Shown here piece by piece: positions 8,724 to 17,276 of a DNA stretch of 30,527 nucleotides (the first letter of the stretch is position 1; each line of letters begins with the position of its first letter). Location of the stretch: contig JAYEOM010000078.1 in NCBI GenBank assembly GCA_034722955.1, positions 1 to 30,527 of the forward strand, given 5' to 3'. The notes under the pieces are model-generated. The model did not search any database, was not told the DNA's origin, and worked only from the letters and a program-made list of their open reading frames with translations. The stretch comes from Campylobacterota bacterium (GTDB lineage: Bacteria; Campylobacterota; Campylobacteria; Campylobacterales; Sulfurovaceae). Made by a program: the position numbers and the translations under genes.

Positions 8724-9516
8724 CTAAAATATCCTTTAGTTCATAATATATGTGATGATAGATAGATGTCCCAGCTTCATGAGGTCGTAAGTTTGGATCT
8801 AGATCCAGCTTCTCAAAGAGATTTATAATTTTATTTTTTTCAAATTTAACCATTAAATTTTTTGAGAGTTTTTTGCGTGGTTGACTAAACGCGACTCGTA
8901 GTAGTCTTTCAAAACTCTCACTATTTTCAGTATGGTCTTTTTCGATCAAGAGTACTGCAGAAGTGACTTTCGGCGGAGGCACAAATGCCTCAGGCTCCAC
9001 CTCAAAACAGAGTGTCGCTTCTCCTGCTATCTGTGCTAAAACAGAGAGAGCTGAAAACTCTTTCTGTCCAGCAACAGCAGAGAACTTCACTGCTACTTCT
9101 TTTTGGACCATCACCAGTATAGAGTGGCATTGCTGATCCTTTAGTGCTCTTAAAATAATATTGGTTGCTATATAATAGGGCAGATTTGCTACTAAATGAT
9201 AAGGCTCATTTAGCAGACTACTCTCACCCCAACGCTCAAGCACATCTCCGCATTTGAGGTCTAAGCTTCCCTGTTGGAGAGGCTCCTCAAATGCTGTCTT
9301 CAGATGCTCACATAATCTCTTATCAACCTCAAATGCTGTGACATTTCTAACTCTTACGAGTTCTTTGGTTAAATCACCTAAGCCAGGTCCAATCTCTGCA
9401 ATATGCAGAGTGTCATTGGGCATCGCTTGGATGATCTGATGGATATAGTAATCATTTTTTAAAAAGTTCTGACCATATCGTTTGTTGGCAAATTCAGTTA
9501 AATTCGTATCTATCAT
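8662..9516 (-). CDS. rsmA: 16S rRNA m6,2A dimethyltransferase KsgA/RsmA
   Basis: GQNFL, EIGPGLG, ANLPYYI, MVQKEVA, FVPPPKVTS and QPRKKL. Confidence 0.95.
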   Translation of the reverse strand: MIDTNLTEFANKRYGQNFLKNDYYIHQIIQAMPNDTLHIAEIGPGLGDLTKELVRVRNVTAFEVDKRLCEHLKTAFEEPLQQGSLDLKCGDVLERWGESSLLNEPYHLVANLPYYIATNIILRALKDQQCHSILVMVQKEVAVKFSAVAGQKEFSALSVLAQIAGEATLCFEVEPEAFVPPPKVTSAVLLIEKDHTENSESFERLLRVAFSQPRKKLSKNLMVKFEKNKIINLFEKLDLDPNLRPHEAGTSIYHHIYYELKDILDGQQSKQWTKPKTSQSKQKT

Positions 9517-9550
9517 ACTCTAAAATATCTTAATTTTGGGATAATTTCTG

Positions 9551-9556
9551 TATAAT
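9551..9556 (+). promoter_or_regulatory. Putative -10 box for the hisF transcription unit
   Basis: TATAAT in the divergent rsmA/hisF spacer. Confidence 0.45.
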
Positions 9557-9608
9557 CTTACCATAAAATTGTAATGTGCTTGTTAAGAGTATCTATAAAT
9601 GGAGTCAA

Positions 9609-10373
9609 ATGGATTATTTTGCAAAACGGATCATACCCTGCCTAGATGTAAACAATGGTCGTGTTGTCAAGGGAGTTAACTTTGTAGGACTTCGTGATGC
9701 TGGTGATCCGGTAGAGGTTGCCAAGCGATATAATGTTGAAGGAGCTGATGAGATCACTTTTCTGGATATAGGAGCTACTCATGAAGGACGCGATACTATA
9801 GTCGATGTAGTGAGAGAGGTAGCTAGAGAGGTATTCATACCTCTCACTGTAGGTGGTGGCATACGAGAACTTCCCGATATCTACAATCTCCTTAATGTAG
9901 GGTGTGACAAAGTCAGCATCAACTCTGCAGCTATAAAACGCCCAGAGTTCATCGACGAGAGTGCTAAAAGATTTGGCTCTCAGTGTATAGTTGTTGCCAT
10001 CGATGCCAAACGAGTGAGTGAAAATAGATGGCATATATTTACCCATGGTGGACGCAATGATACAGGAGTAGATGCCATAACATGGGCTAAAGAGGCTTAT
10101 GATAGAGGGGCGGGTGAACTACTCATCACCTCGATGGATGCAGATGGCACCAAAGCAGGTTTTGACAATGAACTAAACTATCGCATCAATGAAGTGGTCA
10201 ATATCCCCATCATAGCTAGCGGTGGAGCAGGTACGATGAAGCATATAGAGGAGGCATTTACTCTAGGCAATGCAGATGCTGCACTCGCTGCTTCGATATT
10301 TCACTTCAGAGAGATAGATATAATGGATCTCAAAAACTATCTACACAAAAACAATATTCCCGTGAGACGCTAA
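9609..10373 (+). CDS. hisF: Imidazole glycerol phosphate synthase cyclase subunit
   Basis: [34 protein letters not shown] and IASGGAG. Start moved to ATG 9609, after a GGAG RBS. Confidence 0.96.
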   Translation: MDYFAKRIIPCLDVNNGRVVKGVNFVGLRDAGDPVEVAKRYNVEGADEITFLDIGATHEGRDTIVDVVREVAREVFIPLTVGGGIRELPDIYNLLNVGCDKVSINSAAIKRPEFIDESAKRFGSQCIVVAIDAKRVSENRWHIFTHGGRNDTGVDAITWAKEAYDRGAGELLITSMDADGTKAGFDNELNYRINEVVNIPIIASGGAGTMKHIEEAFTLGNADAALAASIFHFREIDIMDLKNYLHKNNIPVRR

Positions 10374-10991
10374 ATGATAATCTGTGCCGGAGATATAGAA
10401 CAGTTTGATTTTGCTACTCCTATAGGTATAGGTTTGGTCAATACAGCTATCAATCTAACTAAACTCTGCCTACTAAGCCCACCAGAGTTTATCCTCTTTG
10501 TAGGAACAGCTGGAAGTTATGGCAGACATGAGATATTTGATATCGTAGAGTCTAGAACTGCTGCCAACATAGAAAATGGATTCTTTACTCACGGAGCCTA
10601 CACTCCATTAGACAATGTCATAAGCACAGCCGAACCTTCACGACTCTACTTCACTCCGACCGCTTCGGCTCCAAGTCTACAAGCGAGAGACAGTTCTTAT
10701 TTGATTTATGATCCTGATGTTTCACGTGAAACTATAGTAAACTCCAGCAACTACATCACAACCGACCCTACCCTATCCTCTCACTATCTCAAACAAAATA
10801 TCAAATTGGAAAACATGGAATTCTTCTCTATACTCAAAGTTGCTCAAGAGCTAAACATACCAGCTGGTGGGGTTTTTATAGTAACCAACTACTGCGACAA
10901 TGATGCTCACAAGAGTTTTGTGACCAATCACAAAGAGGCTATAGAGAAGTTGACTCTCTACATGAGAGATAGACTGGGAAGGATGCAATAA
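10374..10991 (+). CDS. Purine/uridine phosphorylase-superfamily (PNP_UDP-like) protein
   Basis: IGIGLV, FVGTAGSY, ENMEF and VTNYC, consistent with the nucleoside phosphorylase fold; abuts the hisF stop. Confidence 0.75.
   Translation: MIICAGDIEQFDFATPIGIGLVNTAINLTKLCLLSPPEFILFVGTAGSYGRHEIFDIVESRTAANIENGFFTHGAYTPLDNVISTAEPSRLYFTPTASAPSLQARDSSYLIYDPDVSRETIVNSSNYITTDPTLSSHYLKQNIKLENMEFFSILKVAQELNIPAGGVFIVTNYCDNDAHKSFVTNHKEAIEKLTLYMRDRLGRMQ
10718..10733. promoter_or_regulatory. parS centromere-like site (15/16 match)
   Basis: TGTTTCACGTGAAACT versus consensus TGTTTCACGTGAAACA; translated as VSRET. Confidence 0.85.
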
Positions 10992-11140
10992 AGTATATAG
11001 AGTATCAAATAGGAGCAAAAGGAGAAGTCAGATGGGTAGAATTGTTCTTGGAAGTTCCTTAGTATTCCTTAGCAATATAAAAAATCCGATATAATCTAAC
11101 ACTAACAACTCCAAATAAACATAAAGAGAGGATTTTACAG

Positions 11141-11590
11141 ATGAAAGTTATATTGCTTATCATTGTTATTGCATTTGGCGGATGGTATTATCTCGTAAAT
11201 TTTCACTATGCACCAAGTAGTGATGAATTTCTAGATAACTATCTAGCAAAAGAGGCAAACAGCAGCGAAGAGGAGGATGAGTTTTTAGCAGGAGCACCCA
11301 ATGAATATAACCAGCAGTTAATGCAAATTAAAAAGCAGGCAGTTCAAGAGAAAAATCAAGAAGTTCAAGAGAAAAAATCTGTAAAACCTGATTCGGCATC
11401 AAAGATAAGATATAGTGCTTATGAAGAGTCTGCTGCAACATACAGATGTGACGGTCGCACTAGATGTACCCAGATGCACTCATGTCAAGAGGCTAAATTT
11501 TTTCAAAAAAACTGCCCGGATGTTATAATGGATGGAGATGGAGATGGCATACCATGTGAATCCCAGTGGTGTGGTGGTGGGGTATATTAA
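11141..11590 (+). CDS. Membrane-anchored protein with a C-terminal Excalibur Ca-binding domain
   Basis: N-terminal TM; CDGRTRCTQMHSCQEAKFF..NCP...MDGDGDGIPCESQWC. Confidence 0.85.
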   Translation: MKVILLIIVIAFGGWYYLVNFHYAPSSDEFLDNYLAKEANSSEEEDEFLAGAPNEYNQQLMQIKKQAVQEKNQEVQEKKSVKPDSASKIRYSAYEESAATYRCDGRTRCTQMHSCQEAKFFQKNCPDVIMDGDGDGIPCESQWCGGGVY

Positions 11591-11608
11591 CTCAACAAGG
11601 AGAATTAT

Positions 11609-12295
11609 ATGTTAACAAAAAACTTAAAAGAGGATTTTGACCCTTCGGAATTAAATGATCCCGTTGCACTAAAAACTTATTGGACTAGCGTGGGAAGATC
11701 TTCTAGTCGTCATAGAACACATAAACTTGTTCAAATTAACTCTAACAGAGTAGAGTTTAAGGCATCTCTCCAAGAAAAGTTGGGTTCACTTTTATTTTTC
11801 ATCATTGGTTCATTGGTTTTCTTTCTTCCTGTTTATGGATTTATATTTCATGTTTATGGACTCATTTCACATACTTCTACAGTATTTTTTATGATGGGCT
11901 TTGGTCTTATTTTTATGTCTGTAGGTGCTTATCTATTTTATAGTGCCACAAAACCTATAGTTTTTGACAAAAATGATGGATATTTTTGGAGAGGAAGAGT
12001 AGAACCTAAAAATGTATTAATGAAAAATTCAATTGAGGATGATTGGGCAGTGATAGACAAAATACATGCCCTCCAACTTATTAACAAATATATCAGCGGT
12101 AGCACAGATGCAGACGGACACCACTCTAGTTCATACTATAGTTATGAATTAAATCTTGTACTAGATGATGGAAAACGACTAAATGTACTATCACATGGTC
12201 ATCACAACTCTATCATTAAAGATACAAAAATTTTATCTAATTTTTTACAAAAACCTATTTGGAATACTACCAATACAGTAATGGAATGGGAATAA
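11609..12295 (+). CDS. Hypothetical membrane protein (2 TM helices)
   Basis: AAGGAG RBS; two hydrophobic segments; AT-rich 228-aa ORF. Confidence 0.75.
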   Translation: MLTKNLKEDFDPSELNDPVALKTYWTSVGRSSSRHRTHKLVQINSNRVEFKASLQEKLGSLLFFIIGSLVFFLPVYGFIFHVYGLISHTSTVFFMMGFGLIFMSVGAYLFYSATKPIVFDKNDGYFWRGRVEPKNVLMKNSIEDDWAVIDKIHALQLINKYISGSTDADGHHSSSYYSYELNLVLDDGKRLNVLSHGHHNSIIKDTKILSNFLQKPIWNTTNTVMEWE

Positions 12296-12311
12296 ACAAT
12301 AAAGAAAATAA

Positions 12312-13379
12312 ATGAAAAAAATCCTACAAGACTACACAAAACAAGAGCTATCAACAATGATAAAACCCTCATTCCGTGCCAAGCAGATATGGGGGTGGAG
12401 TTATCATAAGTATGCCACCTCTTTTGATGAGATGAAAAACTTGCCAAAGGCACTGCGTGAGGAGTTAAAAGAGGAGTTTACACTCACTCCTTTGAAGACT
12501 CTACTAGTACAAGATAGCAAGGATGGGAGTCGTAAATATCTCTTTGAACTTCACGATGGACATACAGTAGAGGTAGTACTACTGCTGATGCGAGACAAAG
12601 AGTATCACGAAGATGGCTCTGTAAAGCATCAGGAGCGTTATACAGTCTGTATCTCCTCTCAGGTAGGGTGCAAGGTAGGGTGTGCCTTTTGTTTGACTGC
12701 AAAGGGTGGTTTTATGCGTGATTTGAGTGCCGGTGAGATAGTCGAACAGCTCCGTATGGTCAAAAAGCATAATGAGATAGAAGCCAACCGTAGACTCAAT
12801 ATCGTCTTTATGGGTATGGGTGAACCACTTGATAATTTAGACAGCGTAGTAAAAGCTGTGGAGATATTTGCTGATCCTGATGGGATGGCTATAGCTACAC
12901 ATAGACAGACTATATCTACGAGTGGACTCAGCTCCAAGATAGTGAAGCTAGGAGAGATGGATCTAGGTATCAATCTAGCCATATCCCTACACGCTGTAGA
13001 TGATGATCTCCGTCAAACTCTAATGCCTATCAACAGAGCCTACAATATCAAATCGATCATAGATGCAGTCAAAAACTTCCCTATCAACGCTAGAAAGAGA
13101 GTGATGTTCGAGTACCTAGTCATCAAGGATATCAATGATCAAATGAGTGCTGCCAAAAAGCTACTCTCCCTGCTAGACGGGATCAAAGCCAAAGTAAACC
13201 TCATATATTTTAACCCTTATGGTGGAACTCAGTTCAAGAGACCTAGCGATAAAGATATGCTCAAATTTCAAGAGTATCTAACCAAAAGAGGGCTACACTG
13301 CACCATCAGAGAGTCCAAAGGTTTGGATATATCAGCAGCCTGCGGACAGCTTAGAGAACAAGAGAAGGGAGGGGTATAA
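12312..13379 (+). CDS. rlmN: 23S rRNA/tRNA m2A radical-SAM methyltransferase
   Basis: [15 protein letters not shown] (CxxxCxxC), MGMGEPL, SLHA and AACGQL. Confidence 0.96.
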   Translation: MKKILQDYTKQELSTMIKPSFRAKQIWGWSYHKYATSFDEMKNLPKALREELKEEFTLTPLKTLLVQDSKDGSRKYLFELHDGHTVEVVLLLMRDKEYHEDGSVKHQERYTVCISSQVGCKVGCAFCLTAKGGFMRDLSAGEIVEQLRMVKKHNEIEANRRLNIVFMGMGEPLDNLDSVVKAVEIFADPDGMAIATHRQTISTSGLSSKIVKLGEMDLGINLAISLHAVDDDLRQTLMPINRAYNIKSIIDAVKNFPINARKRVMFEYLVIKDINDQMSAAKKLLSLLDGIKAKVNLIYFNPYGGTQFKRPSDKDMLKFQEYLTKRGLHCTIRESKGLDISAACGQLREQEKGGV

Positions 13380-13481
13380 ATGCCATTAATTGATATGTTT
13401 TTACTGTTATTTATCATCGCAGTCGTCGTCATAGGCGGAGGATGGTTCATCAAAGAGGCTCGGAGTGATGATGAAAAATAG
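13380..13481 (+). CDS. 33-aa single-TM small protein
   Basis: Manual translation MPLIDMFLLLFIIAVVVIGGGWFIKEARSDDEK. ATG follows the rlmN TAA directly; GGAGG RBS lies within the rlmN 3' end. Confidence 0.7.
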   Translation: MPLIDMFLLLFIIAVVVIGGGWFIKEARSDDEK

Positions 13482-13488
13482 ACATGTT

Positions 13489-13555
13489 GTAGGTTCGATT
13501 TTATCGAACTTCTTCTAGTAGTCCTATGTACATTGTTCGATAAAATCGAACCTAC
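13489..13555. repeat. REPIN-like element: two inverted 21-nt GTAG-type REPs with a 25-nt spacer
   Basis: GTAGGTTCGATTTTATCGAAC (13489-13509) and its perfect reverse complement (13535-13555). Each is GTAG plus a 6-bp stem with a 5-nt loop. Confidence 0.85.
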
Positions 13556-13570
13556 GGGCTATGTAATTTT

Positions 13571-14500
13571 TTAACTTTTATAAAACACTCTATCATTCTT
13601 CCCGATTATCTCCCTCTTCATCCCCTCAAAATCTACCCTACTCTCTATATAAAAGTCCGATTTATGTTGAAATCTAAGGCTTTGTGCATGAAGCATAAGC
13701 CGTGATGCTCCTGTAGATACAAGTCTATCGCGGTCAGAGAGTCTCCCCTCTAGGTACTCATCACTTGCCTTAAAATCTGTACCATATATAGGATCACCCA
13801 ATATCGGATGTTTCACGTGAAACAAATGGACTCTTATCTGATGAGTTCTACCTGTATGTGGATGACACGCTATCAGCGTAGCATCTAACTCTTCATCATA
13901 TTTGAGTGGTTTGAAGTGCGTGAGTGATGCTTTGCCCTCTGTATGCACTTCTACTTTATGTTTGCACTGGCTATAGTCATCTCTCACCCTAAGAGGTTCA
14001 TTGACTTCAAAAGAGTCTGTTACCTTGCCATCGACCCATGCTAAGTATGACTTTTTGATGGCTCTCTTTTCAAAGAGCATCTTGAGTGACCGCTCTGCAC
14101 TTTTGTGCTTGCTTGCCATCAGTAGTCCAGAGGTCTCCATATCTATACGGTGTACTGCGTTGGAGTATCTACCCGCTATATGACGAATCTCATCTAGCAT
14201 AGAGTACTCTGTAGCCATAGTGTTGGGATGAACCAATAGACCACTCTGCTTTTCAAATATCATAAAGTCAAGGGTTGAAAATAGAGGTGAGACTCCCCTA
14301 CTCTTTGGTTCAAAATAAACCAACTCTATCTCTCCATGGATAATCTGTGAACTATCCCTCATAGATTCACCATCTATCAGTAACCGTCCTTTAGCGATGA
14401 GTCTCTGTGCATCTCCCTGAGAGAGATTGTGTCTGTTAATAAGATAGAGGAATGCTTTTATCTCCTCTTGTATATAGAATATTTTTTTGACAAATGGCAT
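13571..14500 (-). CDS. RluA/RluD-family pseudouridine synthase
   Basis: EKQSGLLVHP; catalytic HRIDMETSG; TGRTHQIRVH; HPILGD; RLMLHA. Confidence 0.92.
   Translation of the reverse strand: MPFVKKIFYIQEEIKAFLYLINRHNLSQGDAQRLIAKGRLLIDGESMRDSSQIIHGEIELVYFEPKSRGVSPLFSTLDFMIFEKQSGLLVHPNTMATEYSMLDEIRHIAGRYSNAVHRIDMETSGLLMASKHKSAERSLKMLFEKRAIKKSYLAWVDGKVTDSFEVNEPLRVRDDYSQCKHKVEVHTEGKASLTHFKPLKYDEELDATLIACHPHTGRTHQIRVHLFHVKHPILGDPIYGTDFKASDEYLEGRLSDRDRLVSTGASRLMLHAQSLRFQHKSDFYIESRVDFEGMKREIIGKNDRVFYKS
13809..13824. promoter_or_regulatory. parS site (perfect 16-bp palindrome)
   Basis: TGTTTCACGTGAAACA; translated as LFHVKH inside the RluA-family gene. Confidence 0.9.
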
Positions 14501-14656
14501 AAAGATCCCTTTGCATTTTATGTAATTATAGCGTGTTTGTGAATATCACTGTATCATGTATGGTCGATTTATAAACCGTTTATTTCTATCAATATCATTT
14601 GACAAATAGTATCTTTCACCTCTCCATAACTGCTATTTTGATAAGATTACGGTATA

Positions 14657-14837
14657 AGGCTACCCCAATGAAATAAACATCCAAATAGCTTTAGGCTACC
14701 CCAAGGAGATAAACACACAAATAGCTTTATGAGGTTTTTCATAGACAAGGCAATTGTTTGAAGGACTAGCCTTAGCTAATTCAAAAACGATTAACGCCGT
14801 ATATGGGAAACCTCATAAAGCCCGTAGGGTAGCCTAA
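14657..14837. mobile_element. MITE-like structured element (14691-14837) preceded by an extra copy of its left end
   Basis: Terminal inverted repeats TTAGGCTACCC (14691-14701) and GGGTAGCCTAA (14827-14837). Internal 20-bp inverted repeat at 14724-14743 and 14802-14821. 36-bp tandem units at 14657-14692 and 14693-14728 (32/36 identical). No transposase. Confidence 0.75.
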
Positions 14838-14845
14838 CATATATC

Positions 14846-14866
14846 GTTTGGTGATGCCAAACCTAC
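14846..14866 (-). repeat. Single GTAG-type REP variant
   Basis: Reverse complement GTAG-GTTTGG-CATCA-CCAAAC has the same 4+6+5+6 architecture as the REPs at 13489 and 13535. Confidence 0.7.
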
Positions 14867-14904
14867 AAATCAAAAATCAATCATATAACAATAAAGGTAA
14901 AACA

Positions 14905-16233
14905 ATGGTAGAGAGATACGCACGAGAAGAGATGAGTCAGCACTGGACACAACATGCTAGATATGCAGCTTGGCTAGAGGTAGAGAAAGCAGCTGTGAAA
15001 GCTTGGAATAAGATAGGGCTTATTCCCGATGATGATTGCAAAAAGATTGTAGAGAATGCTTCATTTTCTGTAGAGAGAATCGAAGAGATAGAGGCTGTAA
15101 CAAAACATGACCTAATAGCCTTTAATACAAGCGTGAGTGAGAGCTTGGGTGATGAGTCACGGTGGTTTCACTATGGTATGACAAGCTCTGACGCAGTTGA
15201 TACAGGTGTAGCCCTACAGATGAGAGACTCTCTCAAGATAGTGATCAAAGATGTGAAAATGCTGATGAAGTCTATAAAAAAGAGAGCCAAAGAGCATAAG
15301 TACACTCTTATGGTAGGAAGGTCTCATGGTATACATGGAGAGCCTATCACTTTTGGTTTGACTCTAGCTGTCTGGTATGATGAGATGCAAAGACACCTTG
15401 ACAACCTCAAAGATACCCTCAAAGTCATCTCAGTAGGTCAAATCTCAGGTGCTATGGGCAACTTCGCTCATGCTCCACTCAAGCTAGAGGAGTACGCTAT
15501 GAAAGAGCTAGGACTCAAGCCTGAGCCATGCTCCAATCAAGTAGTCCATAGAGATAGATATGCACGCCTTGCAACTGCTCTAGCTTTGATGGCATCTACT
15601 ATCGAGAAGTTTGCTGTTCAGGTGCGACATCTACAGAGAACAGAGGTGTATGAGTGTGAAGAGTTTTTTGCCAAAGGTCAAAAGGGAAGCTCAGCTATGC
15701 CTCACAAGAGAAACCCAATCTTGACTGAAAATATCACTGGATTAGCTCGTACTATACGAGCATATGCCGTACCTGCTATGGAAAATGTAGCTCTATGGCA
15801 CGAGAGAGATATATCACACTCTTCCAATGAGAGATTTTGGCTGCCTGATGCATTTATCACAACTGACTTTATGCTACATAGAATGAATAGTGTCATAGCC
15901 AACCTCACAGTTATGCCAGAGAACATGATGAAAAACCTCAACCTTACAGGTGGACTAGTATTTTCTCAACGAGTACTGCTCGAACTGCCAAAGGCTGGAG
16001 TGAGTCGTGAGGATGCGTACAAAATAGTCCAGAGAAATGCAATGAAGGTATGGGAAGAGATACAACAAGGCAAACCAACTACTAACAAAAAAGGCGAATC
16101 ACTCTATCTAGGTCACCTATTATCAGATGAAGAACTTAGAGAGTCTCTCAGTGAAAAACAGATAAGAGAGTGCTTCAATTATGACTACTATACCAAGAGT
16201 GTAAAATATATATTTAAAAGAGTTTTTAAATAA
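14905..16233 (+). CDS. purB: Adenylosuccinate lyase
   Basis: Start MVERY after AAAGG; HYGMTSSD, GRSHG and the signature SSAMPHKRNP. Confidence 0.97.
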   Translation: MVERYAREEMSQHWTQHARYAAWLEVEKAAVKAWNKIGLIPDDDCKKIVENASFSVERIEEIEAVTKHDLIAFNTSVSESLGDESRWFHYGMTSSDAVDTGVALQMRDSLKIVIKDVKMLMKSIKKRAKEHKYTLMVGRSHGIHGEPITFGLTLAVWYDEMQRHLDNLKDTLKVISVGQISGAMGNFAHAPLKLEEYAMKELGLKPEPCSNQVVHRDRYARLATALALMASTIEKFAVQVRHLQRTEVYECEEFFAKGQKGSSAMPHKRNPILTENITGLARTIRAYAVPAMENVALWHERDISHSSNERFWLPDAFITTDFMLHRMNSVIANLTVMPENMMKNLNLTGGLVFSQRVLLELPKAGVSREDAYKIVQRNAMKVWEEIQQGKPTTNKKGESLYLGHLLSDEELRESLSEKQIRECFNYDYYTKSVKYIFKRVFK

Positions 16234-16247
16234 GGCTTCCAATAGTA

Positions 16248-17276
16248 CTATTTTTCAGCTGTTATATAGTGAGACGATGGATATAAAAATCGTTTCTCTA
16301 TCAAGTGCCAAGAGAAAAATGATACTAAAAATAGAGAGATACTCAGTGCTATCAATCCCAAAGCAAGATCAGCAAACAGATCATAAAAAACAAAAGTCTG
16401 AATGATCGGAAAGTGCCAAATATATAGACCAAATGATAGATCTCCAAATCTTCCAAAATCTCCAAGATACTTCATCATCGTAGCAAAATAGACAATAACT
16501 ACAGCCAATGCAGCTGGATATATAAAATAGATATCCATCAGAAAAAAGTGGGTTACAACTACTGCTGAAGCTACCGAAAATATAAGCAGAGATCTCTTCT
16601 CAAAAATATCATAAAAATAATATAGAAAAGCACCAGAGATAAAAAATGCCAATTGACCTGGTATCTGCTTTTCCAATACTATATACACCACTGAACCAGT
16701 AGATATGAAAAACTCCATCATAACTAATGAATAGATAATAGAGAGTATATATATTGTAGCCATTGTCAAAAATCTATAACCCTTGGAGAGGATATAGCCA
16801 ATAAGTGGTACAAGTATATAGAAAGCTACCTCTATCTTGATCGTCCAGAGTGCCCCATTGACCGCTTGCATATAATTTGTCTCAAATAGTCCAGGGAGTG
16901 TAGGCTGCATAAAATTGAGTGTGAGTAGATTGAAAAAAATATAACGAAAAAACTCTATCGTGAAATAATCCATAAAATTTTCTGTAGAGACAAAAAATAG
17001 AGATATCGCAGATATAAGTATCACTGCACTATAAGCAGGAGATATTCTCCTAACTCTTTTTGAGATGAACCTACCCAATGATCTACTCTTGTCAAAACTC
17101 ATAAAAATAAGAAAACCGCTAACAACAAAAAATGAATCAACTGCAATATCAGCACTAAAAAATTTACTCATACTCTTTACAACTTCTATCTGAGTCAATT
17201 CAGCAGTATGTGACACTACTACTATGATAGCAAGTATCAATCTCAAAAGATCGAAGTTATTTAATCTACCGCTCAT
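16248..17276 (-). CDS. Acyltransferase_3 (OafA-like) membrane O-acyltransferase
   Basis: NNFDLLR, VDSFFVVSGFLI, KRVRRI, NGALWT..IE, SFGLYIWHFP and SWHLIEK; many TM helices; TGATG overlap with the dGTPase stop. Confidence 0.88.
   Translation of the reverse strand: MSGRLNNFDLLRLILAIIVVVSHTAELTQIEVVKSMSKFFSADIAVDSFFVVSGFLIFMSFDKSRSLGRFISKRVRRISPAYSAVILISAISLFFVSTENFMDYFTIEFFRYIFFNLLTLNFMQPTLPGLFETNYMQAVNGALWTIKIEVAFYILVPLIGYILSKGYRFLTMATIYILSIIYSLVMMEFFISTGSVVYIVLEKQIPGQLAFFISGAFLYYFYDIFEKRSLLIFSVASAVVVTHFFLMDIYFIYPAALAVVIVYFATMMKYLGDFGRFGDLSFGLYIWHFPIIQTFVFYDLFADLALGLIALSISLFLVSFFSWHLIEKRFLYPSSHYITAEK

Noticed and set aside
14558..14577. GTATGGTCGATTTATAAACC as a degenerate REP
   Set aside because: It lacks an intact GTAG and a full stem; the similarity could be chance.
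14657..14728. Two 36-bp direct repeats as a CRISPR array
   Set aside because: The units abut with no spacer, no cas genes are present, and the same sequence occurs as dispersed element ends.
14724..14821. Purine riboswitch upstream of purB
   Set aside because: It is a single long stem without the three-way junction or conserved purine-riboswitch nucleotides, and it is bounded by dispersed terminal repeats.
14848..14904. N-terminal extension of purB from TTG 14848 (likewise the longer starts for hisF and dgt)
   Set aside because: The purB extension begins inside a REP. Downstream ATGs have good RBSs and match family N-termini.
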